Below are positions 27,910-37,093 of a stretch of 64,000 bases of DNA, one piece after another. The number at the start of each line of letters is the position of its first letter. Position 1 is the first letter of the stretch. Origin of the DNA: an uncultured virus (IMG/VR IMGVR_UViG_3300034777_000432). Its lineage: Duplodnaviria > Heunggongvirae > Uroviricota > Caudoviricetes. A model generated the notes under the pieces. That model was given only the letters and a program-made list of their open reading frames with translations, ran no database searches and was not told the DNA's origin. The translations under genes were made by a program, and so were the position numbers. The stretch lies in the IMG/VR virus record IMGVR_UViG_3300034777_000432; one strand, written 5' to 3'.

Positions 27910-28759
27910 ACCATTTGCCGATCGTAAACTTCGAAATATGGATATTATTCATAATCCAAATACAACATTGTTTCAAGATCAATACGAGTCGTCATATTGT
28001 ATTCCAGACTTTATAACAGATAAAGAACGATTAGAACTGCTTGAAGTTTGGAACTATAGATTTGATACGATAGGTGAGATCATAAACGATCATATTTACC
28101 GTATTCCATATCCAATGCTTATTAAAGAAATATCTGATATTGTAAGGCCAAAAATCTATGAACATTTTGGAGATGATATAGTATTCTATTCAGATATAGC
28201 TGGTAATGATCCTATGAGTGTTGGAGATCAAATGTTTAAAGCTATACAACCGTATGGATTACACACCGACTCAGTAACTCACCTTGATGGATACAGACCA
28301 TATAAGGATATTATCATACCATTGCTTATAGATGGCCCAGGAACATATGTTACATTCAACCAAAGGTATCGTGGACATGCCACTATGTTTATGAATGGAA
28401 GAGATATAACCTCATATGCCAACTATCATAATATAGTCAAAATACAGTCGTATAAAGACTATGGTGTAGAAAATATAGATGAAACAAATCCAGATCAAGA
28501 TAGACTCGAAATGCTTATGCCTAAACATATACCTTTGTCTGTATATGATGGTCTTTCTATTGAAGCAATATTATTATGGCAACATTGTAATGCCATTGTA
28601 CAAGACACTTCAGTGCTTCATGCACCGACAGGATTCGCAGGAAGTAAGATAGGATTAACCCTACATCTTATGAAACGTGACGAGAGCTATAGAAATAGCA
28701 TCTCTGGCCACTATACTCCGTGGTCTCCACACACAAAACCAATAAAAAAATTAAAATAA
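27887..28759 (+). CDS. 2OG-Fe(II) oxygenase-like protein
   Basis: GLHTD...IIPL...DTSVLH...K. Confidence 0.6.
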   Translation: MPYYRTDRPFADRKLRNMDIIHNPNTTLFQDQYESSYCIPDFITDKERLELLEVWNYRFDTIGEIINDHIYRIPYPMLIKEISDIVRPKIYEHFGDDIVFYSDIAGNDPMSVGDQMFKAIQPYGLHTDSVTHLDGYRPYKDIIIPLLIDGPGTYVTFNQRYRGHATMFMNGRDITSYANYHNIVKIQSYKDYGVENIDETNPDQDRLEMLMPKHIPLSVYDGLSIEAILLWQHCNAIVQDTSVLHAPTGFAGSKIGLTLHLMKRDESYRNSISGHYTPWSPHTKPIKKLK

Positions 28760-28815
28760 ATCACAAGCCATTGATTTCGTTACTAATTTAATTTGCTTTT
28801 AAAGTGAATTAATTG

Positions 28816-28844
28816 TTGACATTTGCTTTAAGATGATGTATAAT
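28816..28844 (+). promoter_or_regulatory. Sigma70-type early promoter
   Basis: TTGACA-N17-TATAAT. Confidence 0.85.
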
Positions 28845-28873
28845 ATACATATAAATTAATAAAGGAATCAAAT

Positions 28874-29245
28874 ATGAAATACGCAATCTACCAAATTCAA
28901 CTCTCAGATGCTCAAGTTGATCTAATCAATGCAGAAGGTCACCACGCTGTACCATCACATATCGCTAAAATGGATATGTCAATGGACTTTAGAGGAGAGA
29001 AGATTGCAGATCAAGCATCAGATGCTTGGGATAAAGGTTACTATACTCACGTTTGTAATATCACAGCTGAGAACCTTAACCAAGTCTTTGAGATTGGTAA
29101 TATCGGTCCAGAAGAGAATATCGAAAGGCTTTCAAAAATGCATTCGATCTCAGTGGCTGACGTAATCATTGACGAAACCGGTGAAATGGTTGTTGTAGCT
29201 TCGGTTGGTTTCAAAATGTTTGGTAACTTAAAGGAGGCAGCGTAA
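28874..29245 (+). CDS. YodL-like early protein
   Basis: YAIYQI...LNQVFEIGN...HSISVADVI. Confidence 0.55.
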   Translation: MKYAIYQIQLSDAQVDLINAEGHHAVPSHIAKMDMSMDFRGEKIADQASDAWDKGYYTHVCNITAENLNQVFEIGNIGPEENIERLSKMHSISVADVIIDETGEMVVVASVGFKMFGNLKEAA

Positions 29246-29463
29246 TGAACTTAGCATATTGCGACGCATTCGCGTCATTCATCAGAAACGCTCTGGTAAC
29301 TATTAAGCCGGAGACTAAAGAGTTTCCTGTAATCAATGGTTTAGTAGGTGGTACTATGTACGATCTGCACCCTACAGAGGGTTACATGTTATCCACTAAG
29401 AAAACCATTGATGTTACAGATGCCAATGGTAAAGCTTACCGTATCTCAATAGAGGAGTTATAA
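29245..29463 (+). CDS. Hypothetical early protein
   Basis: AGGAGG RBS, TAATG coupling. Confidence 0.6.
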   Translation: MNLAYCDAFASFIRNALVTIKPETKEFPVINGLVGGTMYDLHPTEGYMLSTKKTIDVTDANGKAYRISIEEL

Positions 29464-29464
29464 G

Positions 29465-29647
29465 ATGCAAATTAAAGGTGCAACCACAATTCTTAAGAAG
29501 CAAAGTGAATTCCTTGGAATGACTATTGCTGAAGTAATCAAATTTGCTGATGAGTCTCCGATGGCTCAGCCGAACAATGTTCTTGAAGCAGTTAAGGTAT
29601 GGCGTGAAGAAATGCGCTATGCAGATAATTTTTTTAAAAATAAGTGA
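29465..29647 (+). CDS. Hypothetical early protein
   Basis: GAGGAG RBS. Confidence 0.6.
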   Translation: MQIKGATTILKKQSEFLGMTIAEVIKFADESPMAQPNNVLEAVKVWREEMRYADNFFKNK

Positions 29648-29656
29648 AAAAACTTG

Positions 29657-29685
29657 TTGACATTACCGTCTGACTATGATATAAT
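29657..29685 (+). promoter_or_regulatory. Sigma70-type early promoter
   Basis: TTGACA-N17-TATAAT. Confidence 0.85.
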
Positions 29686-29715
29686 AGTCTTATCAAAACA
29701 ACAAAAGGTTAAATT

Positions 29716-29976
29716 ATGAAATCAGCTTACGATCCAACTCCTACAGAAATCAAAGTGGCTAGCATTGGCCGTAAATTAATGGACATCTCTGTTAATATGC
29801 CAATGAAAGGTTTGAAAGATGAGGAGATCGCAAGATCAAATCGAATGAGTTCTTTTGGCGATGCCTTAACTCGTTTTGGATCAACCTTTGGTCCACGCAA
29901 TCTTAATGAAGTACTTAAACTTTCTGGAGTTTCTGTAGAAGAAGCCGAAGAATTCATGCAACTTGGAACTCAATAA
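29716..29976 (+). CDS. Hypothetical early protein
   Basis: First ORF behind promoter, AAGG RBS. Confidence 0.6.
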   Translation: MKSAYDPTPTEIKVASIGRKLMDISVNMPMKGLKDEEIARSNRMSSFGDALTRFGSTFGPRNLNEVLKLSGVSVEEAEEFMQLGTQ

Positions 29977-29988
29977 GAGGATTAATCA

Positions 29989-30429
29989 ATGAGTAATCGA
30001 ATTAACACAGAAGCTAACACCGTAGAGCGCAATGCTGAACTACAAGATATGTGCTTTTCTGATTTCTTTAAAGATATAAACGGATTTCGTCCGCGTGGTT
30101 CAACCTGGGATTACTACCTAGGTCTCTCTCCTGAAGCTCTTGAAAAAGCGCTCGATCGTATGGATGCTGAAATGGAAGAACAACTCCAAGAGTCTCGACG
30201 TCAAGAAAAAGAAGACGTTGCGGCTATGAAAGCTGAAATCCAAAATGCGATCGATCTTGGCGCTAAAACTGAGACTGATGCTTTGCGTTGGATAACTCAG
30301 AACGAAGACTTCTATTCTGGTCAGTGTGTCGAAAGCTTTGTATGGAGACGTGGTATTCTCTTTACTCCTTACGGGAAAGAGCTCGTCGAAAAAATCCTTG
30401 ATGTAGCAAAATTCAAGGAATTTGCATAA
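29989..30429 (+). CDS. Hypothetical early protein
   Basis: SDFFKDINGFRPR and GA.TETDALRW motifs; GAGGA RBS. Confidence 0.65.
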   Translation: MSNRINTEANTVERNAELQDMCFSDFFKDINGFRPRGSTWDYYLGLSPEALEKALDRMDAEMEEQLQESRRQEKEDVAAMKAEIQNAIDLGAKTETDALRWITQNEDFYSGQCVESFVWRRGILFTPYGKELVEKILDVAKFKEFA

Positions 30430-30734
30430 TGGCTGTAGTGAATAGAATTAGTTCATTTGATGAGGCATACCTATATAAAGGTTATGTTCTTGTCAATGAA
30501 CTGTATGAAGATCCTGAGGGCTTCTATAAAAACACTTGGATGTGGGCTAAAGTTGACGGTGAAAATTGTGTCGACTTAGTATCTCTTGATAACTTAAGTA
30601 GTAACTCTTATTCTCCGTTCGAAGAAGCTCACTCAGTGTTTATCGATATGATCAATGAAAAACTTGGTCTTACTGACGATATGCAATCATTCGATACTGC
30701 ATACGATTTCCTTGATAGCAGAAAAAAAGTTTAA
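30429..30734 (+). CDS. Hypothetical early protein
   Basis: TAATG coupling. Confidence 0.6.
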   Translation: MAVVNRISSFDEAYLYKGYVLVNELYEDPEGFYKNTWMWAKVDGENCVDLVSLDNLSSNSYSPFEEAHSVFIDMINEKLGLTDDMQSFDTAYDFLDSRKKV

Positions 30735-30752
30735 AAAAAGTGAAATAAACCG

Positions 30753-30781
30753 TTGACATTTCCTTTTAAATGATGTATAAT
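30753..30781 (+). promoter_or_regulatory. Sigma70-type early promoter
   Basis: TTGACA-N17-TATAAT. Confidence 0.85.
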
Positions 30782-30810
30782 GGTTATATAAATTGATAAG
30801 GAACTATACT

Positions 30811-31095
30811 ATGAAATACTCTGAAAGATCTACCGCTTACTACGCAACTATTAAAATGATTGATGGACAAGTCGCTCCAGAAGATCAAGCCGTTCTCGAT
30901 GGAATTAAAACGGTTGTAAAGCTGAATAATACCGCATTCCCTTTCGATAAGAAAAAGCGCGTAAAACTTCAAGGTCGTGGTCCAAGAGCTGCTCATTCAA
31001 GAGCAGATTACAATGGACGTAGCAGATGTTATGATCAATCCCTTCCTTTAAAATACGCTACTCACGCTGACGTATACGTTTACGATAGGTCTTAA
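30811..31095 (+). CDS. Hypothetical early protein
   Basis: AAGGA RBS; RVKLQGRGPR, ADVYVY. Confidence 0.6.
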   Translation: MKYSERSTAYYATIKMIDGQVAPEDQAVLDGIKTVVKLNNTAFPFDKKKRVKLQGRGPRAAHSRADYNGRSRCYDQSLPLKYATHADVYVYDRS

Positions 31096-31096
31096 A

Positions 31097-31333
31097 ATGG
31101 AAATTGAAACTCTTCAAAATCTTGATAAGATGCCGTTAGACGACGCTCGTACAGCGGCAGTTAAAATGATTAGTCCAAAGACTAAACCACTTGTTCTTAA
31201 TCGTCTTAAAAACGATATTGCAAAGGCTCCAAACTCCGGTGAAGTGTCTCGCATTATGTGGCAAGTCTATATGTCTGGTACTGGTCTTGGCATCATAGGA
31301 TCGTCTTGGAAGAAGCATTTTCGCGATGCCTAA
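31097..31333 (+). CDS. Hypothetical protein
   Basis: Operonic ORF. Confidence 0.6.
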   Translation: MEIETLQNLDKMPLDDARTAAVKMISPKTKPLVLNRLKNDIAKAPNSGEVSRIMWQVYMSGTGLGIIGSSWKKHFRDA

Positions 31334-31934
31334 AAAATACTACCTCCCTGAACCGCTCATTCTTGAATTAAACAAGGATGAGCTTTCTCATATAGAAACA
31401 ATGGCTAAAGAAATGTACTCTTGCGATGTACGTAGACGAGGACGTGATTACGATACCGTTTATGCTCATACAAAAGCAGGTGTTATTCTTGAATTTGCTT
31501 TAGTTCGACAAGGTGGTGTAATGAATCCTGCTGAGTTCGATCATACTGTTCCATCATCTCATAACTGGGATGTTGATTGGAAAGGCTTTAGATGCGAAGT
31601 AAAGAACTCTGCTGATCCAACACATAAACGTCACGTAACTAAATGGCTTACCATCTCAAACTATATGGGACAAAAGCTAGCGCGTAATAGAAAATTATAT
31701 CCAAATTGTGTTGACATTGTAGTGTTTGGATGTTATAATAAACTATCAGAAAATACTTATGATGTACGTTGGAGATGTGTTGCACCTTTTAATACTATTC
31801 GTGAAAACCTTAAAAAATGCAATCCAGAGTTCGAAAACAATTGGCTTGTCGATCAGTACGGTCAAAACAAAATTAAGTTTTTCTACAACCACAAAGGTGA
31901 TGAATACGCCGTCTATAATGAAAATGTTTACTAA
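31326..31934 (+). CDS. Putative PD-(D/E)xK nuclease
   Basis: GVILEFA helix followed by WDVDW...CEVK. Confidence 0.5.
   Translation: MPKKYYLPEPLILELNKDELSHIETMAKEMYSCDVRRRGRDYDTVYAHTKAGVILEFALVRQGGVMNPAEFDHTVPSSHNWDVDWKGFRCEVKNSADPTHKRHVTKWLTISNYMGQKLARNRKLYPNCVDIVVFGCYNKLSENTYDVRWRCVAPFNTIRENLKKCNPEFENNWLVDQYGQNKIKFFYNHKGDEYAVYNENVY
31711..31739 (+). promoter_or_regulatory. Intragenic sigma70-type promoter upstream of the DNA-modification genes
   Basis: Perfect TTGACA-N17-TATAAT inside ORF 31326. Confidence 0.65.
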
Positions 31935-31946
31935 GAAGGATATACT

Positions 31947-32273
31947 ATGAAATTTGATACTGGCAAACCACCAATTAATCTTGTACCGTCTGAAGCTATT
32001 ATTGCTGCAGCCGAAGTATTTGCATTTGGTGCAGTCAAATATGGCGAAAACAATTGGCGTAAAGATGTTAACAAGTTTCCATTGTCTCGTCATTACGCGT
32101 CTTTATCACGCCATCTCTTGGCTTGGAATGCAGGTGAAGATATCGATCCTGAATCTGGCCTACCACACACGCATCATGCTCTTACTCAGTTGATGATTCT
32201 TATAATGACTCAACGCGAGGCTACTGAGGACATAGATGATAGATTTAACAAAGAAACCGATTACAATAAATGA
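31947..32273 (+). CDS. DUF5664-type dNTP diphosphohydrolase (all-alpha)
   Basis: KFDTGKP, FGAVKYGENNWRK, IDPESGLPH..HA. Confidence 0.85.
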   Translation: MKFDTGKPPINLVPSEAIIAAAEVFAFGAVKYGENNWRKDVNKFPLSRHYASLSRHLLAWNAGEDIDPESGLPHTHHALTQLMILIMTQREATEDIDDRFNKETDYNK

Positions 32274-32276
32274 TTT

Positions 32277-32411
32277 ATGATTATAAAAATTGAAATTCAG
32301 ATCGACACTGAAAATAGAAATGATGTCGAAAAAATGCAAGAACTCTACAGAATTGTAGAAGACCTAGAACAAAGTTCAAATGAAGGATACCAATATGACG
32401 ATGAAAGTTAG
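32277..32411 (+). CDS. Small acidic hypothetical protein (44 aa)
   Basis: MIIKIEIQIDTEN... fills the gap in the operon. Confidence 0.4.
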   Translation: MIIKIEIQIDTENRNDVEKMQELYRIVEDLEQSSNEGYQYDDES

Positions 32412-33108
32412 TGACGTACGTGAATATTTCAAAAGCGAATTAGCTGCTGAAAGATTTACTACTGATAAAACTGGTGCTAAAACTATTGAGATGCTTGGTG
32501 CATCTTTTATTGCTGACGAAGAATCAATCTTCGGTAAGCCTGCTCCAAAGTATATTCAAGCTGAATTAGATTGGTATGAAAGCCAATCAACGAATATTAA
32601 TGATATTCACGGTGATGAAAAAGAACCACCACAAGCTTGGCAATACTCAGCAAATGATGCTGGCGAAATCAATTCAAACTATGGCCATATCGTATATTCC
32701 GATAAGTATTTCAATCAATTTAATAAAGCCTTTGCTGAACTATGGCGTAATCCTGATAGCCGTCGCGCTCAAATGGTTTACAATCGTCCAAGCATATGGG
32801 TTGAATTCAACGAAAACGGCAAGTCAGATTTTATCTGTACTAATGCTCAAACGTTCTATATTCGTGACAATAAGTTACATATGGTATCTCAAATGCGATC
32901 AAACGATGTAGTCTTTGGCTACAAAAATGATTATGCGTGGGCTCAATATCTTATGGATAAGTTTGTTACTGAATGGAATAATGCTGCTAATGAATTTAAC
33001 GTAAGTACAACTGTGCCTGATCCTATTCAAACTATTACTAAAGGCGATCTTATCTGGCAAGTAATGAACTTACACGTCTATGACCGTCACTTCAACTTGG
33101 TAGATTAA
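32380..33108 (+). CDS. 42: dCMP hydroxymethyltransferase (T4 gp42 homolog)
   Basis: DKTGAKTIE.LGASF.ADE, GEINSNYG, NPDSRR, SDFICTN, MRSNDVVFG.KNDYAW, LHVY.RHF.LVD match T4 gp42 as recalled, including the cytosine-specifying Asp. Confidence 0.9.
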   Translation: MKDTNMTMKVSDVREYFKSELAAERFTTDKTGAKTIEMLGASFIADEESIFGKPAPKYIQAELDWYESQSTNINDIHGDEKEPPQAWQYSANDAGEINSNYGHIVYSDKYFNQFNKAFAELWRNPDSRRAQMVYNRPSIWVEFNENGKSDFICTNAQTFYIRDNKLHMVSQMRSNDVVFGYKNDYAWAQYLMDKFVTEWNNAANEFNVSTTVPDPIQTITKGDLIWQVMNLHVYDRHFNLVD

Positions 33109-33109
33109 A

Positions 33110-33667
33110 ATGAGTAAAATGGGCGCATATGTTCTTGATCAACAAATCGAAGAATACGAATCGTACCACAATTATATGGGAAGAAGAATGAGAGAAGCAG
33201 ATCGTTACGAGTACGACAGAGATCAAAAATGGCATAATCGTTTTATGGATATGGCTTTGCTTATAGCCGACTGGAGCAAAGATCCATCAAGTAAAATTGG
33301 TGCAGTTGCTGTTAATGATGAACGTCGTATTCTTGCTACAGGTTACAATGGCTTTCCAAAGGGTATTGAAGATACTCCTGAACGTTTAGCCAATCGTCCT
33401 GAAAAGCATCAATTAGTTATCCATGCTGAAATGAATGCACTTATGAATGCGTTGTACTCAGGCGTAAGCCTTAAAGGTGCAACTATGTATGTGTATGGAT
33501 TACCTATTTGTCCTGATTGCGCTAAATGTGTAATACAAGCTGGTGTTAAACATGTTGTTATACCAACTGATAAGACCGACAAAGGCGAATGGCAAAAGGT
33601 ATGGGAAGAAAAAAGTTTACCAATGTTCAAAGAAAGTGGTGTTAAAGTTACAGTACTCGGTATGTAA
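33110..33667 (+). CDS. cd: dCMP deaminase
   Basis: [24 protein letters not shown]. Confidence 0.92.
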   Translation: MSKMGAYVLDQQIEEYESYHNYMGRRMREADRYEYDRDQKWHNRFMDMALLIADWSKDPSSKIGAVAVNDERRILATGYNGFPKGIEDTPERLANRPEKHQLVIHAEMNALMNALYSGVSLKGATMYVYGLPICPDCAKCVIQAGVKHVVIPTDKTDKGEWQKVWEEKSLPMFKESGVKVTVLGM

Positions 33668-33669
33668 TT

Positions 33670-34005
33670 ATGTCGTATCTTGTAACTGACAACTGTGTTA
33701 AATGTAAACACACCACATGCGTATCAGTTTGTCCTGTAGATTGTTTCTACGAAGGAGATGATATGTTAGTAATCAATCCAGATGAATGTATCGATTGTGG
33801 AGTCTGCGTACCTGAATGTCCTGTTGATGCTATTGTAGCAGACGTTGATTTACCAGAACCAGAAAGAATCATTTGGATGGAAAGAAATGCTAAATATAGT
33901 CAGATATGGCCGAACATTGATGAAGAAAAAGCACCTAAAGAAGATGCTTATGAGTGGGAAAATATTCCACATAAATTTGAAACACACATCGAAAAAGTTT
34001 CATAA
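33670..34005 (+). CDS. fdxA: 7Fe ferredoxin (FdxA-type)
   Basis: [21 protein letters not shown] and [17 protein letters not shown]. Confidence 0.92.
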   Translation: MSYLVTDNCVKCKHTTCVSVCPVDCFYEGDDMLVINPDECIDCGVCVPECPVDAIVADVDLPEPERIIWMERNAKYSQIWPNIDEEKAPKEDAYEWENIPHKFETHIEKVS

Positions 34006-34038
34006 ATACAATCGTCCGGAAAACATTAAAGTTTTTTG

Positions 34039-34067
34039 TTGACATTTTTTGAAAACCGTGTTATAGT
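34039..34067 (+). promoter_or_regulatory. Sigma70-type promoter for ino1 operon
   Basis: TTGACA-N17-TATAGT. Confidence 0.7.
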
Positions 34068-34153
34068 ATATCTATACACAAAGTATATAATAGTGAGCTA
34101 CTCTGATCCAGTCAAAAAACTCACGTTAATAAACTGATATAAAGGAGACTAAT

Positions 34154-35449
34154 ATGTCAAAAATTAAAGTAGGCGTCATCGGCGTCGGTAATTGTGCTCA
34201 ATCCCTTGTTGAAGGTATTCAGTACTATAATGAAAATCCCAACGATCATGTAGGACTTATGTATCCAGATATTGGAGGATATAGTTCAAGTGATGTTGAA
34301 TTCGTAATTGGCTTTGATGTCGATAGACGTAAAGTAAATCGCCCACTCATCGAAGCGCTACGTGCTAGACCAAACTGTGCTATGAATCACGTTGAAGAAT
34401 TGCTAGAGTCTGGTAATAATACTCCAGGTTGTGTTACTCCTGGTGCAATGGTTTATTCAAGTCCAACCCTTGACGGTGTTGCAGAATGGATGGATTACTA
34501 CCCTGAAGAAGTTTCATTTAGAACAGGTGCAGAAGAAGCTAAATCATTTGATGATATCGTACAGCTTATTAAGGATACAGGTACAGAAGTTCTTGTTAAC
34601 TACTTACCAGTTGGTTCTGAAAAGGCAACGCGTTTTTATCTCGATGTAGCTTTAAAAGCAGGAGTACACTTTGTTAACTGTATTCCAACACTGATTGAAA
34701 CTAAAGAAACACAACAAATTGAACAAAAGTTTATCAATGCAGGTCTTACCTTCGTTGGTTCAGATATGCGTTCAGCTTGGGGTGCTTCAAGATTGTCTGA
34801 AGTTTTACAAGGCGCAATGATTGATGGTGGTTTGCATGTAACTTATCACACTCAAACAAATCGTATTGGTGGTGCAACTCAAGGTCGCGAACATATTCGT
34901 AACGGTGTTACATCAAATACAGACTTTATTAATATGGCTGAAAAAGAACGTCTACACAATAAGCATATCTCAAAAGAGAATGTTTTGAAAGGACAGAATA
35001 CTGTTCGTGGAGTTAATTATGCTGGTGATACATTGTATGCCGGTCCATCATTAACTGTTCTACAAAAACCAGGTGGTGACTATGTTGGATCTGATAATAA
35101 GATTGCAGATCTCGATATTGTAGCATTCGGATTTGGTGGAGCTCGTTATACATTACAAGCTAGACTATCTTGCCAAGACTCACCAAACTCTGGTGGTGTG
35201 GTTATTTCAGCAATTCGATTCTGTCGAGTGGCGTCTGAAATGGATATTGTTGGTATTCTTCGTGGACCAAGTGCTTATACACAGAAAACTCCACCGGTAC
35301 AGCTTACAACGGCTGACGCAAAGTTTGAATGTGATGCATTAGCTCGTAGAGAACTTACAAGTATGACAAGACCACAACTTGCATCAGCTAAGCCTAAGGC
35401 AAAAGAACTACCATATACTTACCAGGACGGAAAGACTGATTATGAGTAA
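34154..35449 (+). CDS. ino1: Myo-inositol-1-phosphate synthase
   Basis: IGVGNCA, NYLPVGSE, FVNCIP, NTDF.NM, KHISK, DNK, DSPNSGG. Confidence 0.9.
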   Translation: MSKIKVGVIGVGNCAQSLVEGIQYYNENPNDHVGLMYPDIGGYSSSDVEFVIGFDVDRRKVNRPLIEALRARPNCAMNHVEELLESGNNTPGCVTPGAMVYSSPTLDGVAEWMDYYPEEVSFRTGAEEAKSFDDIVQLIKDTGTEVLVNYLPVGSEKATRFYLDVALKAGVHFVNCIPTLIETKETQQIEQKFINAGLTFVGSDMRSAWGASRLSEVLQGAMIDGGLHVTYHTQTNRIGGATQGREHIRNGVTSNTDFINMAEKERLHNKHISKENVLKGQNTVRGVNYAGDTLYAGPSLTVLQKPGGDYVGSDNKIADLDIVAFGFGGARYTLQARLSCQDSPNSGGVVISAIRFCRVASEMDIVGILRGPSAYTQKTPPVQLTTADAKFECDALARRELTSMTRPQLASAKPKAKELPYTYQDGKTDYE

Positions 35450-35900
35450 AAGAAACGCATTTGCTGAACATGATAAACCACCATCAAAATTAATTAATTC
35501 TTACGATATTGATGGTGTAATCTTTATGGGTGATAAGTTTACTGGTGTAAACCCTGGCCCTGATGATATTATCATTACTGGTAGATCTAAAGATGATCGC
35601 GCAGAAACTGAATCGATGCTCCTTTCGAGGGGCATCACTAATCCTCTTTATATGAACAATAAGCCTGGAGATTTTAATGATCGTAGGCAGTCAGGTTTAC
35701 ATAAAGGTATGACTTTGTTCTACTTAGAGCAAATGGGATATCGAATTGGATGTCACTTTGAAGATGATCCAATTCAAATCGAGGCGATTGAACAAATGAT
35801 GCCACATATAAACGTCGTACACCTTAAGCATGATTTAGTTGATAAAGGTGTTGACACTCACGAAAATGTAGTTTATAATCAAACTATTCCATCATACTAA
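35442..35900 (+). CDS. HAD-family phosphatase (candidate inositol-phosphate phosphatase)
   Basis: YDIDGV motif I, ITGR motif II, K, FEDD motif IV; overlaps ino1 stop. Confidence 0.75.
   Translation: MSKRNAFAEHDKPPSKLINSYDIDGVIFMGDKFTGVNPGPDDIIITGRSKDDRAETESMLLSRGITNPLYMNNKPGDFNDRRQSGLHKGMTLFYLEQMGYRIGCHFEDDPIQIEAIEQMMPHINVVHLKHDLVDKGVDTHENVVYNQTIPSY
35851..35879 (+). promoter_or_regulatory. Sigma70-type promoter for the three DNA-modifying genes
   Basis: Perfect TTGACA-N17-TATAAT at the end of the HAD gene. Confidence 0.7.
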
Positions 35901-35910
35901 TAGGTGATAA

Positions 35911-37083
35911 ATGATTGATGCGACCGGAACAAAATTTGACGAAGCTGATGGCTTTCAGTCAATGCACGCAGATTATCCTTTGGATAAGTATTTTTCTATG
36001 TGCGACGTTGAAAAGTTTAGAGACTTCAAATATTTTGTAGAACAAGTTAACCTCAGAGCTGAATGGCAAAAAGGACTTGCCGAGTCGTATGAATTTGAGG
36101 AATATGCTCTTAATCCTGATACAGAGTATTTCCACCCTATGATTACATATGATGATCGTATGGTTTATATAGCAGAAAACATCGTGGGATTATCTGATGA
36201 TGATCTCTCGATGTATAACAAAATTGGTAATACTATTATCTCTCACTTTTATGGAGCTCGTGGTATTCACCAAATTTGTACACGTACTAATGATGTTAAA
36301 AAAGCACATGTCGATTTTGAAAACTATTTTACCTCTGGTGAAAGAGAACGAATTCGATATAATCTGACTCTTGCAAGACCTGCTGGACTCGCTATATACG
36401 GTTCTACAGAATTGCGTACTTCTCTATGGGGTGCAGCAAATAAGTACCAACGCGAACGGTTTGGTGATGATTTAGAAGAAGGTACTAATGCTAAACATCC
36501 TGGTAACGTGATGGATTGGGTTGCCGGTCTTGGTGAAGACGGTATGTTTGAACGCTTAATGAATTGCGAAACTATTAGTGATGCATTCAAAGAGCTTACT
36601 TCGCACGAGGGCATAGGAAACTATTATGGATTTCACTGTTCTACTTCGAACTCTGTTAACCCTGGCCTCAAATGGACAAATGATGATAACTTTGTCAAGC
36701 CAGGACCGGGAGCCCAATACACTTTACGACTACTCTTTCCAGATGCGCCAAACAGCGTAATTAACTCTGGTGATTTGGTTGTATGGTTTAGACACAATCA
36801 AAACTTCTTTGGATTTGATAAAATTAAAATACATGAATCAGCTCATAACGTCTTAGATTATAAAGGCGATAAAATGCTGCAAAAAGACCAAACTGAAATG
36901 ATGACTTATGGTTCTGAAGTTGGAATGTGTCAATACGGTATCTTCTGTAAACTACGTAACGATCGTAAAGCATGCGATAGACGAGTAGTTACACGTGCAG
37001 GAGATAAGGACATTGAAAAAATGCTAAATATAGCTGAGATGAACTTAAAACCACAACCCTCTCTTGAAGAATTTTTTATATAA
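35911..37083 (+). CDS. aGPT-Pplase / amino-acid:DNA-transferase-like (HhH glycosylase fold) DNA base-modification enzyme
   Basis: HhH-like EGIGNYYG, DNFVKPGPGA..TL..LF, E..MCQY; C-terminal SLEEFF. Confidence 0.65.
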   Translation: MIDATGTKFDEADGFQSMHADYPLDKYFSMCDVEKFRDFKYFVEQVNLRAEWQKGLAESYEFEEYALNPDTEYFHPMITYDDRMVYIAENIVGLSDDDLSMYNKIGNTIISHFYGARGIHQICTRTNDVKKAHVDFENYFTSGERERIRYNLTLARPAGLAIYGSTELRTSLWGAANKYQRERFGDDLEEGTNAKHPGNVMDWVAGLGEDGMFERLMNCETISDAFKELTSHEGIGNYYGFHCSTSNSVNPGLKWTNDDNFVKPGPGAQYTLRLLFPDAPNSVINSGDLVVWFRHNQNFFGFDKIKIHESAHNVLDYKGDKMLQKDQTEMMTYGSEVGMCQYGIFCKLRNDRKACDRRVVTRAGDKDIEKMLNIAEMNLKPQPSLEEFFI

Positions 37084-37093
37084 GGTAAATATT

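Noticed and set aside
31947..32273. Z-genome (2-aminoadenine) or deazaguanine pathway implied by DUF5664
   Set aside because: No purZ, datZ, queC/D/E, folE or dpdA in the window; the neighbour is a gp42-type cytosine enzyme
32380..33108. Ordinary thymidylate synthase or dUMP hydroxymethylase
   Set aside because: End-to-end similarity to T4 gp42 with Asp in NDYAW indicates dCMP specificity; a dCMP hydroxylase variant cannot be fully excluded
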